Assembly (NCBI GenBank): GCA_951406725.2
Contig: OX597814.1
Span: 150,970,001-151,034,000, forward strand
Direction of reading: 5' to 3'
Origin: Octopus vulgaris
Taxonomy: Eukaryota
DNA length: 64,000 nucleotides
Shown one piece after another: positions 1 through 11,661 of this stretch; within the stretch, counting starts at the first letter, position 1; each line of letters opens with the position of its first letter. Made by a program: the position numbers and the translations under genes. A model generated the notes under the pieces. That model saw nothing but the letters and a program-made list of their open reading frames with translations, searched no databases and was not told the DNA's origin.

Positions 1-185
1 ATACATATATGCATGTGTGTGTTCTCTATCATGCTTGAGAACCGGTGTTAGTGTTTTCATGCCCGCGTAACTTAGCGGTTCGGCAAAAGCGACCGATAGA
101 ATATGTACTAGGGAAGATTTGTTTAACTAAAACCCTTCAAGGTGGTACCTCAGCCAAATGACTGAATCGTGATAAAGGATAAAGA
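1..185 (+). mobile_element. SINE family A, 3' half (diverged)
   Basis: GTAACTTAGCGGTTCGGCAAAA..ACCGATAGAAT matches the body of the full copies at 20094, 27408 and 32482. Confidence 0.7.
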
Positions 186-2519
186 CAATGTTAATGTTAT
201 AAAGTTCTATAAAGTGGTGATGAAATATGAGTAGATTCTCTTTGACATTAAAGAGAATGGAAAATTAATGATTTCGAGGTGTCTCTTGAAATAGTTTAAG
301 GGGAGTGATTACGTATATAGCTAGGTCGTTCTCTTTACAATCATGTTTCTGGGTTCGAACGGCAGCATGTTGGGTAAACCTCTTCTATCATAGATTGAGA
401 TTAGTCTGGCTCTTTCAAGTGAAATCTGAAAGAAGAAACTACAGGGAAGCCCGACGAAGGTATTGTTCCTATGGTAATTTTAATCCATCTAAAGGCGGCG
501 AGCTGGCAGAAACGTTAACACGCCGGGCGAAATGCTTAGCAGTATATAATTTCTTCTACCAGATTTCACTTGAAAGAGCCACACCAAACACAATCTCTGA
601 CAGAAGAGTTTTACCCAATAACAAAAATACAAGATGACAATCAATCAAATAGCTTATACCGCAAATGTGGCTTATATACACCCGTCTTCTTCAAAAGTTA
701 ACATCGTGTCAATAAGCCACACTCGTCCTCTGCGGAGGAAAGCATGTGTCAATAAGCAACACCCGACCTTAAAGGTTAATAGAAAATATTTGCGGTTTCA
801 GACTGCAAATTGAAATCATTGACATTAGGTGAATGCGATCCATATTTCCAAAGTTCTGAAACCCTCTAGCGAAACTAATGTAACGATTACAATTATGCTG
901 CTTTTGCTTAAGTCTAATAAATCCTAGCTGATCAAACCTTTGTTCAATGACACTCGCATTCCAGCCATGAAAATTTTTGTATTTTTAGAAGTGTACGACC
1001 CAGAACATATTAACTAATGTGTACTTTCTGCTTCTTAAAGCAATATGTGAGAGATTTGGCTGACATTTCTAACAAACTCAGCGACTGCACAGAGGCGCCA
1101 TTGTTGGCTGGTTTACAAGGATGATTTATTTTATAATGTATCTATATTGAAGAAGTAAATAATACAACACAAAACAAAATATATTTCTAGCTTTTATATT
1201 TATTTCGGATAAGATCAACAAATTTCGGTTAAATTCAAAGTAAAATAAACAATTGTATCTATCAGGTGATTTATTTTTATTTCCACATTCTTTCTTATTT
1301 TACTACTTTCATTCTGAATTCTTTACAACGAGATTCGGATATATCTTCAACACTGTTATTTCTCCCACCCGCACCCCCACTTTCTAAACAACTTTGTATT
1401 CCCCCTACTTTTCCATCAGCTTTTCGCTGATAGTTTATACAAATTATATACTTACTTTAAACAATTAACAACGAAAGCATGAAATCAAACCTAAGTGACA
1501 GAAAAATTCTGATATACAAACAGAAATGTAGAAACCTGGTTGAGGAAATAGAAACCTTTATTAACTGAGATATTTTTAGGTCAATCTTTAGACGTTTCTA
1601 TCCGAGCTGCCAGTAACTAAACATAGACAGAGACAACATGGTGGGAGTATTCTGTAAATGAACTTTTAGTTTTGTTGTTTGTCACGCAATACTAAAGACG
1701 CCAATCTCGTTTAACCAACTGCTACTACAAAAGTAAAAGTAATGGGTTCGATTTCGTTTTATTAACTTCCATTTTCTTTTAATTTCATTCTCCGAGTTTC
1801 GGAAACTACATTAAAATAAAACATTTTAGTATCTACTCTGTTGTTCGTACTTGGCATGTCAGTTATAAATTATATAATTTTGCTCACTAGGTCATCTATT
1901 AAGGGATCAATATTACCCAGTTACGAACAACAGGAATATTTCTATCAACAACAAGATATATAATTCTCAATACAAAGATACGCATCAACTGCTTCGATAG
2001 AAAATGTAGTCCATTAAATGATAAAGGGCTCAAGTGTTGAAAGGGACCACATCAAAACCAGTACTTCGTGAAATATTTACTCATTAATTCCATAGAGTAA
2101 ACTAAGCATTTTGACATGTAGATCTCATTGGCAAACTAACAAATTCAACATTATGATTAATAGCTTAAATTATATAGTATGATTATGCGTTAACGTGCAT
2201 TGCCTAAATTCTAAAATTTCTTGGGAATACAGTGGATAGTCTTCACACAATGGCTTGTGTGAAGACGTGAAGCGCCATCTTAAATATTACTTTAGAATAT
2301 TATAAGCGTTCCTACTCTGAACGAACAATTAAAGGTAAGAATACGATAGAAGTGACAGTTTATTTTATTAGTTACACTACGGCTACTATAATTCGCTGAA
2401 AACAGATGTACAGTGCAGCCAGTAATCTAGTATGACAAAAAATGTTTTGTAATTCGGATTACCTTTTCTCCGATCAGGGAATCAGCAATTGCCGAGTAAA
2501 CACTTGGTTCATTTATTTA

Positions 2520-2962
2520 TCTATACATATAAAGCTTGAGTTATCTGTGTGTGTGTGGCAGTTTTGTTAGCCTTCGGATAACTCTATCTCCTCCGATACC
2601 CTGCGGCGCAAGTTGACCAAAATTGAGTGTGATAAAATAAGGCTTGTTCTTCATTCCATAGTAGAAAAACTTTAAATCGGACCATGTTAAGACCAAAATG
2701 TATTTACATCAAAAAGGTGCTTTTCTTCTATGAAAATCCCTAATTTTTTCGATTTTTTGACTGCTGTGTCGCCATTTTTCGGTGTATTTCAACCATCAAA
2801 ATGTTCACTTAAAGAGAATAACAAGCTACATAATGCAAAATTTTTACTTTTCAAAAAAGATTTTGAAACTATGTCAAAACTTTATTAACGCGACATCAAA
2901 GTCTGCCGTTTTAAGCGCAACTAAAAAAAACAAACCCGAGCAACGCTGGGCTACACTGCTAG
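2520..2962 (+). mobile_element. Non-autonomous Helitron
   Basis: 5' A|TC (TCTATACATATAAAG); subterminal hairpin CCCGAGC-AAC-GCTGGG (2935-2950) followed by CTAG|T; no TSD; 3' end shared with 26302-26681. Confidence 0.75.
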
Positions 2963-3496
2963 TATAAACATAAACACTATCATCGAGTATTAGGTAGAGC
3001 ACGAACTATTCCTATTTAAAATACTTCGGTAGTAATTACGGACAAAGAATCGTGTGCTTGAGCGCTACACTAATGGGATGCAACGCTAACTTTTAGTGGT
3101 TTATGATGCTAAGAGAATACACTCGGTTTGACGTATAGTCAAAAATAAGGAAGATTTTATTCCTAATATTCTTATTTGAGATTTCAACATGTCTCTAAGC
3201 AACTCTCTTTAGCTTGATAGACTAAAATATTGAATAGAATTAACTTCAGACTCTAAGGATGATATGTTTCAGTTATGTGCTGCCATTTGAAAAAGCTGCA
3301 AATATCATGTATTAAAGGAAAGAATTATATATTTGGAGGACTAGATGAGTTTCATACTTTTAAACCTAACTTCTAAAATTTTCCAAACCTAGTACAGATT
3401 TTCACAATGCGTAAGGGACATGATAACATAAACTTAGATGTTAGAATATAAGAATTAGTTAATACAGATCTATATTTAAAGATGAAGAATTATGTA

Positions 3497-3820
3497 AATT
3501 ATTTACATTCGACGGATATTTTTCCTCATCTTGTTTGTTGTTAACACAACGTTTGGGCTGATATACCCTCCAGCCTTCAGTAGGTGTCTTGGGAAAATTT
3601 CTCATTCCTATGGTATTTTTCGATGTTGTTGTTGTTGTTGTTGTTCGGGTCACGGGCATATGGCGTAGTGGTTAAGAGCGCGGGCCACTAACCCCAAGAT
3701 TCCTAGTTCGATTCCAAGCAGTGACCTGAATAATAATAATAACATCGAAAATACATTAGGAATGTATGTGTTAACAACGAACAAGATGAGGACAAATATC
3801 CGTCAAATGTAAATAATGTA
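3497..3820. mobile_element. tRNA-headed SINE with an inverted partial copy of its own body and 3' part
   Basis: Head from 3654 with A box TGGCGTAGTGG and B box GTTCGATTCC; 3497-3653 is the reverse complement of the body and tail (ACAAGATGAGG..AAATATCCGTC..ATGTAAATAAT occurs on both strands). Confidence 0.75.
3543..3588 (-). ncRNA. Decayed minimal type I hammerhead motif in the SINE body
   Basis: Minus strand: GACAC-CTACTGA-A-GGCTG-loop-CAGCC-CAAA-CG-TT-GTGTT; stems I and II pair, core differs from CUGANGA/GAAA. Confidence 0.5.
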
Positions 3821-5179
3821 AAAAAGAATTAGTTAATATGAAATTCTGTATTGATAAAATTTGCTCTGATATTTATTTTAAAATTAAATTTCTCTGGGGT
3901 CAGCTGTAAAAGAAAAATCTTCAAGTTTTCCAATAAATTTACGACGATGATTTATTGCAGGAAAATATTCTTCGATTATTTATATTTCTTAGTTTAAATA
4001 ATGTTTATATTTTTGAAAAATAAAGCAGAAAAAATTTACTACAAAGTATTTTGATTACTTTCTCACGAAAGACATGCCAAAAGACATGTATAAAATTTAA
4101 GCATGTCTTGCAACCAACAGATCATTGAGACAAGAAAATTTAAGGAAAATACTATCATTAGACTGATATAATTATGGGAGTTAGTCCTCGGTGGTAATGA
4201 GTTTATTATATGTAGATATTACAGTTAGAAGTAGTTGGAATGAATCTTAGGTGCTGTGAAATTATTAGAGCCTTTATTCATAATCTCATTGTAAACTTGA
4301 ACAAGCTTAAAGTGTTCCTGACAATGAAATTATTGATGAGAAATGTCTAATACAAGATTAAATATATGTGATGTGCAACAGAGCGTATAGCTTCGGTAAT
4401 TGGTAAGAGTTGAGTTCATTTAGACCTGATATCTGTAAAAAGATGAAACATTCAATCAATATGATTCATGAAATTTTCAATAAATGTAATTAGCCTCGTA
4501 TGATGACATTTGCTCAATTATTAATTTCATAAATAGTTGCCGGGATCAACAAAAGCGAACTCTTAGATCAATGTGCCATTACAGAGGAGCTGCTGTGAAA
4601 AGTATACTTTGACAGCAACTACAGCTGCCACATATATTTAATAAGGGTAGCTACCGACGTAAAACTGGTTCTGATTTGCGGACAAAATAATGTGCGTTAA
4701 TTAGTCCGTCCCACTATACCTCTATTCAAATTCTACTGGGATTAACTTTAGCTTTCATACTTCTGTTGATCGATTTAATCGATTATTCCCTTTCGCAACA
4801 TTTGTGTCCTGCATTTATGTTAATCATTGTTATCGTGGAAATATTAACATCTTTCTGATTGATGTAGTTTCCATCTCGATGAACAGCAATTTATCTTGGG
4901 TTGTAAAAGACCTTTAGAACACGCAGGAACTCATCAACAGCTTAGTATTCTTTTATAAATACATTCATTCTTTGTTTATATAAGAAATTATATGTTCCGT
5001 CGTGATCTGAACCAACAGTACACTTACTTTAGATTCCAAATAAAAGCTATTTCAATCGGGTTACATTCAAAACTACTTTAGGGAAAGACAAAATCATCAC
5101 ATATTCCCAAATCGGCATTTTATATATAGAGAGAGAAAGAGGGGAGAGGGTGAGAAAGCGAGAGAGAGAGAAAGAGAGA

Positions 5180-5528
5180 GGCGCAATAGCCCACTGGTTA
5201 GAGAAGCGGTCTCACGGTCGTAGGATCGCGGTTTCGATTACCAGACCGGGCGTTGTGAGTGTTTATTGAGCGAAAACACCTAAAGCTCTACGAGGCTCCG
5301 GCAGGGGGTGGTAAAGATCCCTTATGTACACTTTCACCACACCTCTTTCTCAATCTTTCTTCCTGTTTCTGTTGTACCTGTATTTCAAAGGCCGGCCTTG
5401 TCACACTGTATGTGACGTTGAATCTCACCGAGTACTCAACCACTTGCACATTAATTTCACGAGCAGGCTCTTCCGTTGATCGGATCAACTGGAACCCTTA
5501 TCGTCGTAACCGACGAAGTACCACGACG
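5180..5528 (+). mobile_element. tRNA-derived SINE family C
   Basis: A/B-box-like head (..CTGGTTAG..GTTTCGATT), same head as 57496; followed by (CA)n(TA)n. Confidence 0.75.
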
Positions 5529-5616
<88 letters not shown>

Positions 5617-6449
5617 TGTGTGTGTGTGTATATATATATGTATAAGCGAGGGGAGGTGTATGTATGTATAAACTTTCAACTCCCTTTGTCTCCTTCATAT
5701 CTGATGCTGTAAATCAGAATATTTATATAACTAATCTACTGTAAATGGCATGTCAAGATAATTCCGCATGTTAAGAAATGGGTATCTTTTAGCAGTTTAA
5801 TTATATAATAATATCTAATACTTAACGACAATTATAACCAGCCTCCTATCTTAGTTTTCAGATTATTTGAACGAACAATATTTTATCTCTCAGACACATA
5901 ATCTGAAAGCGAAATCAAAAAGTTTTAACAATATGGTATTTTAGCGTATTTCTAATTAAAGATCGCCCATCCTATTGATTTAGCATTAGATACCATTGAT
6001 TTGGCTTCAATACAAATACGTGTCCTTGATTCATTACATTGTTTACAATTCATTTCATGTGTGATTTAATGGGATAATTTAAGCGTAATTACCATAGTTC
6101 TGTTGACATTACTTCTTATAAATAGGTTATAATGATTTAGATGCAATATGGTTGTTACTAAGACTTTAGTGAGCGATATCACTGAAAGACTTGTTCTCTT
6201 ACATCATTGTTGAATTAGAATGCTAAACTATTGTAGAAGCATTGTGAACATTAAAATAGACACACACTATTGTGTCATGCACTTCCTTTGTATTACTTTC
6301 TGATAAAGAATATATTATAACTATCCGTTATTTTGAAAACTATAAGATTGTTAAATATATTGAAAACCATGAAATGTATAATTTTCTTTGCAATAGTATT
6401 TGTGTTGTGTTCTTTTAAGTCTTAATAATAAGTACTAATATTGATATAT

Positions 6450-8250
6450 TCTACTAAGCCCTTGAAGACGGGGTCCCAGCATAGCTGCGATCCAAAGCTA
6501 CTCTTATGGAAAGGTATGTGCTTGGCGCAACATGTGAGCATGCAACAGAGAAATAACTTGTCAGCTCCACACCTGCAATTCCGAGAACTGTCTCTGAGGT
6601 ATTCTTGATGGTCGCAATGACATTCTCACTGGAAATTGAAGGCAGGTGCACTTAAATAGCATATCTAGTGGAATGTGGGAAATGCGTGGAATGAAAACAT
6701 TCCTTGGCATCAGCAACAGTAATAACAGCTTCGATCATTTGTGGCATAAGAATTTTTGCGGCTAGTCCTGTGTCATTAGAGATTTTGTGCATCCAAATTT
6801 TGTAGCCACACAATGGATCTTCTTACTTTCAGTTGCACATAGTAAAGAAGAACATAAGAATGATGATAATTTGGTAACTATTGGATTGTGTGTAGCATCG
6901 TTAACATCGACTACAATATGAACTTATTTGCATCGTTTTGATACCTGTTCAATGATGGCAGTATTAATATCCTGTCCAATATAATTTTTAGAAGCTAATA
7001 TGGACTGTTCAGAAGCTACCTATGGATTCTTCAATTCTGTGAGAAATGAGGATACACTTTTAATAGCATTAATAGAAATGCTCAACATTTTTTTTCTTTT
7101 GTATTGCGATATCAATCTATTATCTGAGAGCTTCAATATGATCCAAATTAAAGTAAAACATTTGCAAACTAGGATGTTGAGATATGCCTATTAAATAGAA
7201 CTTCTATGTTGGTAGTAAGATGAATTTTTTCCTCTCGCCTCTAAACATAGATTTTTTTGAGTCATACACTTAACTTGTCAGCGGTTACTTTCTTTGGAAT
7301 GAACATAAAGGTTTGCTTGAAATCATTATAGACTGTAACTTCACTCATGATGTTAGTGCTTACTTTGAAAGCTTATGAGATACAATTCTGTGCACTCGTC
7401 ACATACATTCAGCTTTACCAACTTCATAAAATCTAAACCCTTTGTCGATATAGCATTGAGAACTGACATTGTGTGCAAGACTGGATAAGCAGTCCTGCCA
7501 ACCGTGAGCAAAGTTGCAACAATTCATCTAAGACTACAGCAACAGCAGTTCGCTTGAATGGACGAACTTTTACAAGAATTTTGTTGATCAAAATTTTGTT
7601 GATCAAACTGTTCCTCCTTAGTCAGACGCTACAAATTTCCAAATTCTAGTTTAAGATATTTTTGTATTGAAACACATTTACTTCATTTTACTGAACATAG
7701 TGTTACAGTCAGTGAATGTCAGAGCTGGTGGCCTGAAGTATCTCTTGGCTGAGAATGATAACTGTAGGTCGTGCCACAACTGACACTAAACAGTGTTCAA
7801 GTTAATGATGCTACAGTATTGTATTTTCAATGAGCATCATTGCTTAGGAGTGGATGGGAAAGATAAAGTGTGTGTGGGTATTTCTTTTTTTTATGTTTGT
7901 TTGTGTTTGATACAATATATCTTCACTCATGCAGTCCTGGAGATTATGCTACATCTACTGAAGATTTCATGGCAAACAGACACAAAATTAGAGCACAAAG
8001 TTTCTCATCTTAGTTGGAAACTTCGAGACTGCGGCCTTTTCCGAGGAACTGTTCCAATCTGCATTACCTTCCTTATATTTTTCTTGAAAATTACGCAACA
8101 TGTTGCAGAAGCATATGAAATAATTATTCTGGGGTCCCAGAATAAGGTTGGAAATTTGTGCAGGAACTTCTTGAGATTTAAATAGATTATTAAAGTCCCT
8201 GCTTTTGAAATAATATTTTCAGAATGTTGGTACCCGTTTTCAAAAACTAC
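6450..8250 (-). pseudogene. Fossil Helitron RepHel (Pif1 helicase) coding sequence
   Basis: Minus-strand fragments in the correct order: IVATLLTVGRTAY (cf. IAATLLxGGRTAH, ~7480-7525), CDECT (cf. WDECT, ~7400), VFIPRISHIPLDMLFKCTCLQFPVR (6621-6698), AGVELTS..VACSHV (cf. YVACSRV); many stops and frameshifts. Confidence 0.75.
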
Positions 8251-9306
8251 AGAAGATAAACAATTCTTTTTAGTTTCTTCGTTATTTTACATTTAAATTT
8301 CTATATATACATATATATGAGAGAGCACGAGAGAAAATATTATTTTCTACTCTAGGCACAAGGCCCAAAATTTTGAGAGAGGGGGGCCAGTCGATTAGCC
8401 CGACCTCAGTACGTAACTAGTACTTAATTTATCGAATGAAATTAACAATACAGAGACAACACAAATGTAGCGATGATCAGGCCACGCTCCGACCCCACAA
8501 GCCCCGATCTATCACTGGTACCTTTTTTTGTTCTTCTTTTATAGCTCATTCACACGGTTCCTTGCACGCACAACACTCGTGCAACTCCCTTTTTGGACAT
8601 ACTCTCCGACAGACACCTCTTCTCCAGCCATTTATTCAAAACACTATATCTCTCTATTAAAATATTTTGTTGAATGTTAATACGGAAAAAACGTTATTAT
8701 TGTTGTTGCTCATTTCTTATTTGATATGTTGATGTAGTTGTTGTGACCTCCTTCATATCACCGTTTTCATAATACATATTTCACAAAAGCGTAGCACCTG
8801 CTCATAACACTATAGTGCATTCCTTAAGGAAAACATCATTTTCCTCTGTATTTCGCCATAGTTTATAATTTACTTTGTTTTTCAATATGACATGAAGACT
8901 ATTATTTTATTGGATATTTACAATAGGAAATGTAACTCTAATACAGAAATAATGAACAAAATGAAAATCCTTTTGAAATATTTTCATTTTCTAGTTTTTA
9001 TATTTTTCCGTGATCAACTCACCTCTGCACATTTAACTGCCATTTGCAAGTGTTCAAGATGTGCGTATGTGTATGCTTGTATCTAGAAATGAATAATAAT
9101 GTGTGTGTGTGAGAGAGAGAAGAAAGAAAGTGAAATCCTAATGCTTTGATACTTGAAACATCATTTGCATGTAATATATTTAAAGCAAATTAACTCGAAA
9201 AATTTCATTTCCCAATGAACTTTCTACATAATTTCAGAAACACACACACAGAGACACACTTAATTAGGTGTGTGTGTGTGTGTGTGTGCGTGTGTTTATG
9301 AATGAA

Positions 9307-9349
<43 letters not shown>

Positions 9350-9379
9350 TTGAGTTGTGGGGTATCGCACGAGTGGGAT

Positions 9380-10811
9380 TATATAAGAAAAAAGGTTTGA
9401 AAATGCAATTTAAACGATGTTTATTTACTTAACCGGTTTCACTCTTTGGTAAAAGATTGTCAAAAGTAACATTTAAGGAAACATTGAATAATATGGGTTC
9501 AAAAAAAGTTTTTTACATAATTGTCACATTGAATATTATGCATTCAAAAAAGTTTTTTACATAATTGTCACATTGGATATTATGAATTCAAAAATGTTTT
9601 TTTATACATAATTGTCACATTACATGTATAAATATAGTGTTTGGTAACAGAGAAGTTCAATAGTGTGATGAGAATATTTGGGAAAATTTGGCAGAAAAGG
9701 ATAAAACAAATATATTATTGGGAATTGGTTGCGTTAATTATTGGTTGTCGCAAATTGTCACATTACATGTATATATATATATACAGTCTTTGGTATATAT
9801 ATACAGCCTTTTGACAGCAAAAATTAAAATGGATTTTTTATACATCTCAGAATATTTTAAGTTTAAGGCGAGAATATGTTTTTACTGACCTGTCGGTATT
9901 AGCAGAAACGCTGAACTGAGAGAAAAGAAGAAGTAGCCAATGTGGTGTATACTTCCCCTTTATGCATGAATGATTTTGGGGTTATCAGGAGGTTAGTATG
10001 CGGGTGTGAATAGATGTGTCCATGCCCGCTGGTAAGATAGCGTCTGTTTGTCACACACATATATATATACACACACACACACATACAACAACAACACACA
10101 CACACACACACACAGAACACACACCCACACACAACGCACCCACATATATCACATATACACACAGCACACAAATATAACATGTATCTATATATAATATACA
10201 CAGATATATAACACACATACACACACAACACACACACACAACACACACACACACACACAACACACGCACACATACATACATAATATAAATATCACACAAA
10301 TACACATAGCATATATATACACATACAATACACACATACAGCATGTAAATAATACACACACAATATATGCATGCAATATACATACGCAATACATACATAT
10401 AATATATATATATATATAGACAATGCATATACATATATACATATATACATATAAATAGTGTTTACATACACATACATAGATATACCACATATACACACAA
10501 TATACATACATACAATGCATACACATACACGTACGCATACATATAATATATATATACACACACACACACATAACATACATACACAATGCATACATATATA
10601 TACACGCAATGCATATACATGTATTCATGCATATATAGCACACCTACAATATACATATATACAATGCACACATACACACACATATATACACTTAATTGTA
10701 CACATACATATACAATACACATACATACAATATAGATATACACAATGCGCATGCAAATAATGTACATGTTTATACACACATAAACATGCAAATAAATATA
10801 CACACACACAC

Positions 10812-10848
<37 letters not shown>

Positions 10849-11050
10849 CATACATACATACATACATACATGCACATACATATATTTTTTCACACACATA
10901 CACACACATATATATATGTAAAAAAAAAATCACCACCCCCCCCCACACAAATTACAAACCTATAGCGTACACACTCAAATATATCTCTACATACCGCACA
11001 CACAAACAAAGTACTAACATATACACACATACCATGCATATACACACACA

Positions 11051-11085
<35 letters not shown>

Positions 11086-11305
11086 AAAACAAATACACAT
11101 GTAAATACATACACACGTACACAATGCTCACACACACACACATACACACACACCCGCACACAGTGCACACATACACACACATATATACACACGTGCACAC
11201 ACACACACAACGCGCGCGCACACACACATATACACACACACGCACATAGTGCACACACACACACACACATATATATATACACCCGCGCACACACACACAC
11301 AACGT

Positions 11306-11343
<38 letters not shown>

Positions 11344-11661
11344 CACTCACACACATACATCACCTACATATATATAATGCATGCGTGTGCATGCCACGTA
11401 TGTGTGCGGTCAATGCCCGCTAGTGTGTCCTATGCGTGCCGATGCGCGCATGTGCCCGCCCGCACGATATGCTGTGAGCGTGCGCGCGTCCCTGTGTGCT
11501 TGCTCTGGATGTGTTTCCAGGGGGTATGTTAGAGTATGTTTAGTTGTGGTCTGTATTTTTGAATAAGATTACTTTCCTTATTTATTCGTGTTTGGTCTGT
11601 GGTGTTGTCCGAGCATTGGTATAGTGGGAAGACTAAGAATTTGGGGGACTTATTGTGTGCA
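9380..11661 (-). repeat. Left inverted arm (last ~44 codons of the ORF, 3' region and pseudo-LTR in antisense)
   Basis: Reverse complement of 13779-15864; mirrored ORFs 9688+/15354- (identical) and 11381+/13874- (near-identical); minus ORF 11529 ends with the same AHNKSPK...PQLNIL as the main ORF. Confidence 0.95.
9425..9469 (-). ncRNA. Minimal type I hammerhead motif (U3-A8 variant), left-arm copy
   Basis: TTACTT-TTGACAA-TCTTTT-ACCA-AAGAGT-GAAA-CCGG-TT-AAGTAA; first stem II pair is a U-U mismatch in this copy. Confidence 0.7.

Noticed and set aside
370-620. Inverted repeat 409-438 / 550-580
   Set aside because: Best explained by two decayed SINE fragments in opposite orientation
3654-3725. 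tRNA genes here and at 5180, 37176 and 57496
   Set aside because: A/B boxes are present but there is no complete cloverleaf and each continues into a SINE body
9482-9625. CRISPR-like array
   Set aside because: Plain tandem repeats without unique spacers, in eukaryotic context with no cas genes
9688-9888. Identical 66-aa ORF in both arms as an accessory protein
   Set aside because: TTG start, includes a TA run, and the identity is explained by the duplication
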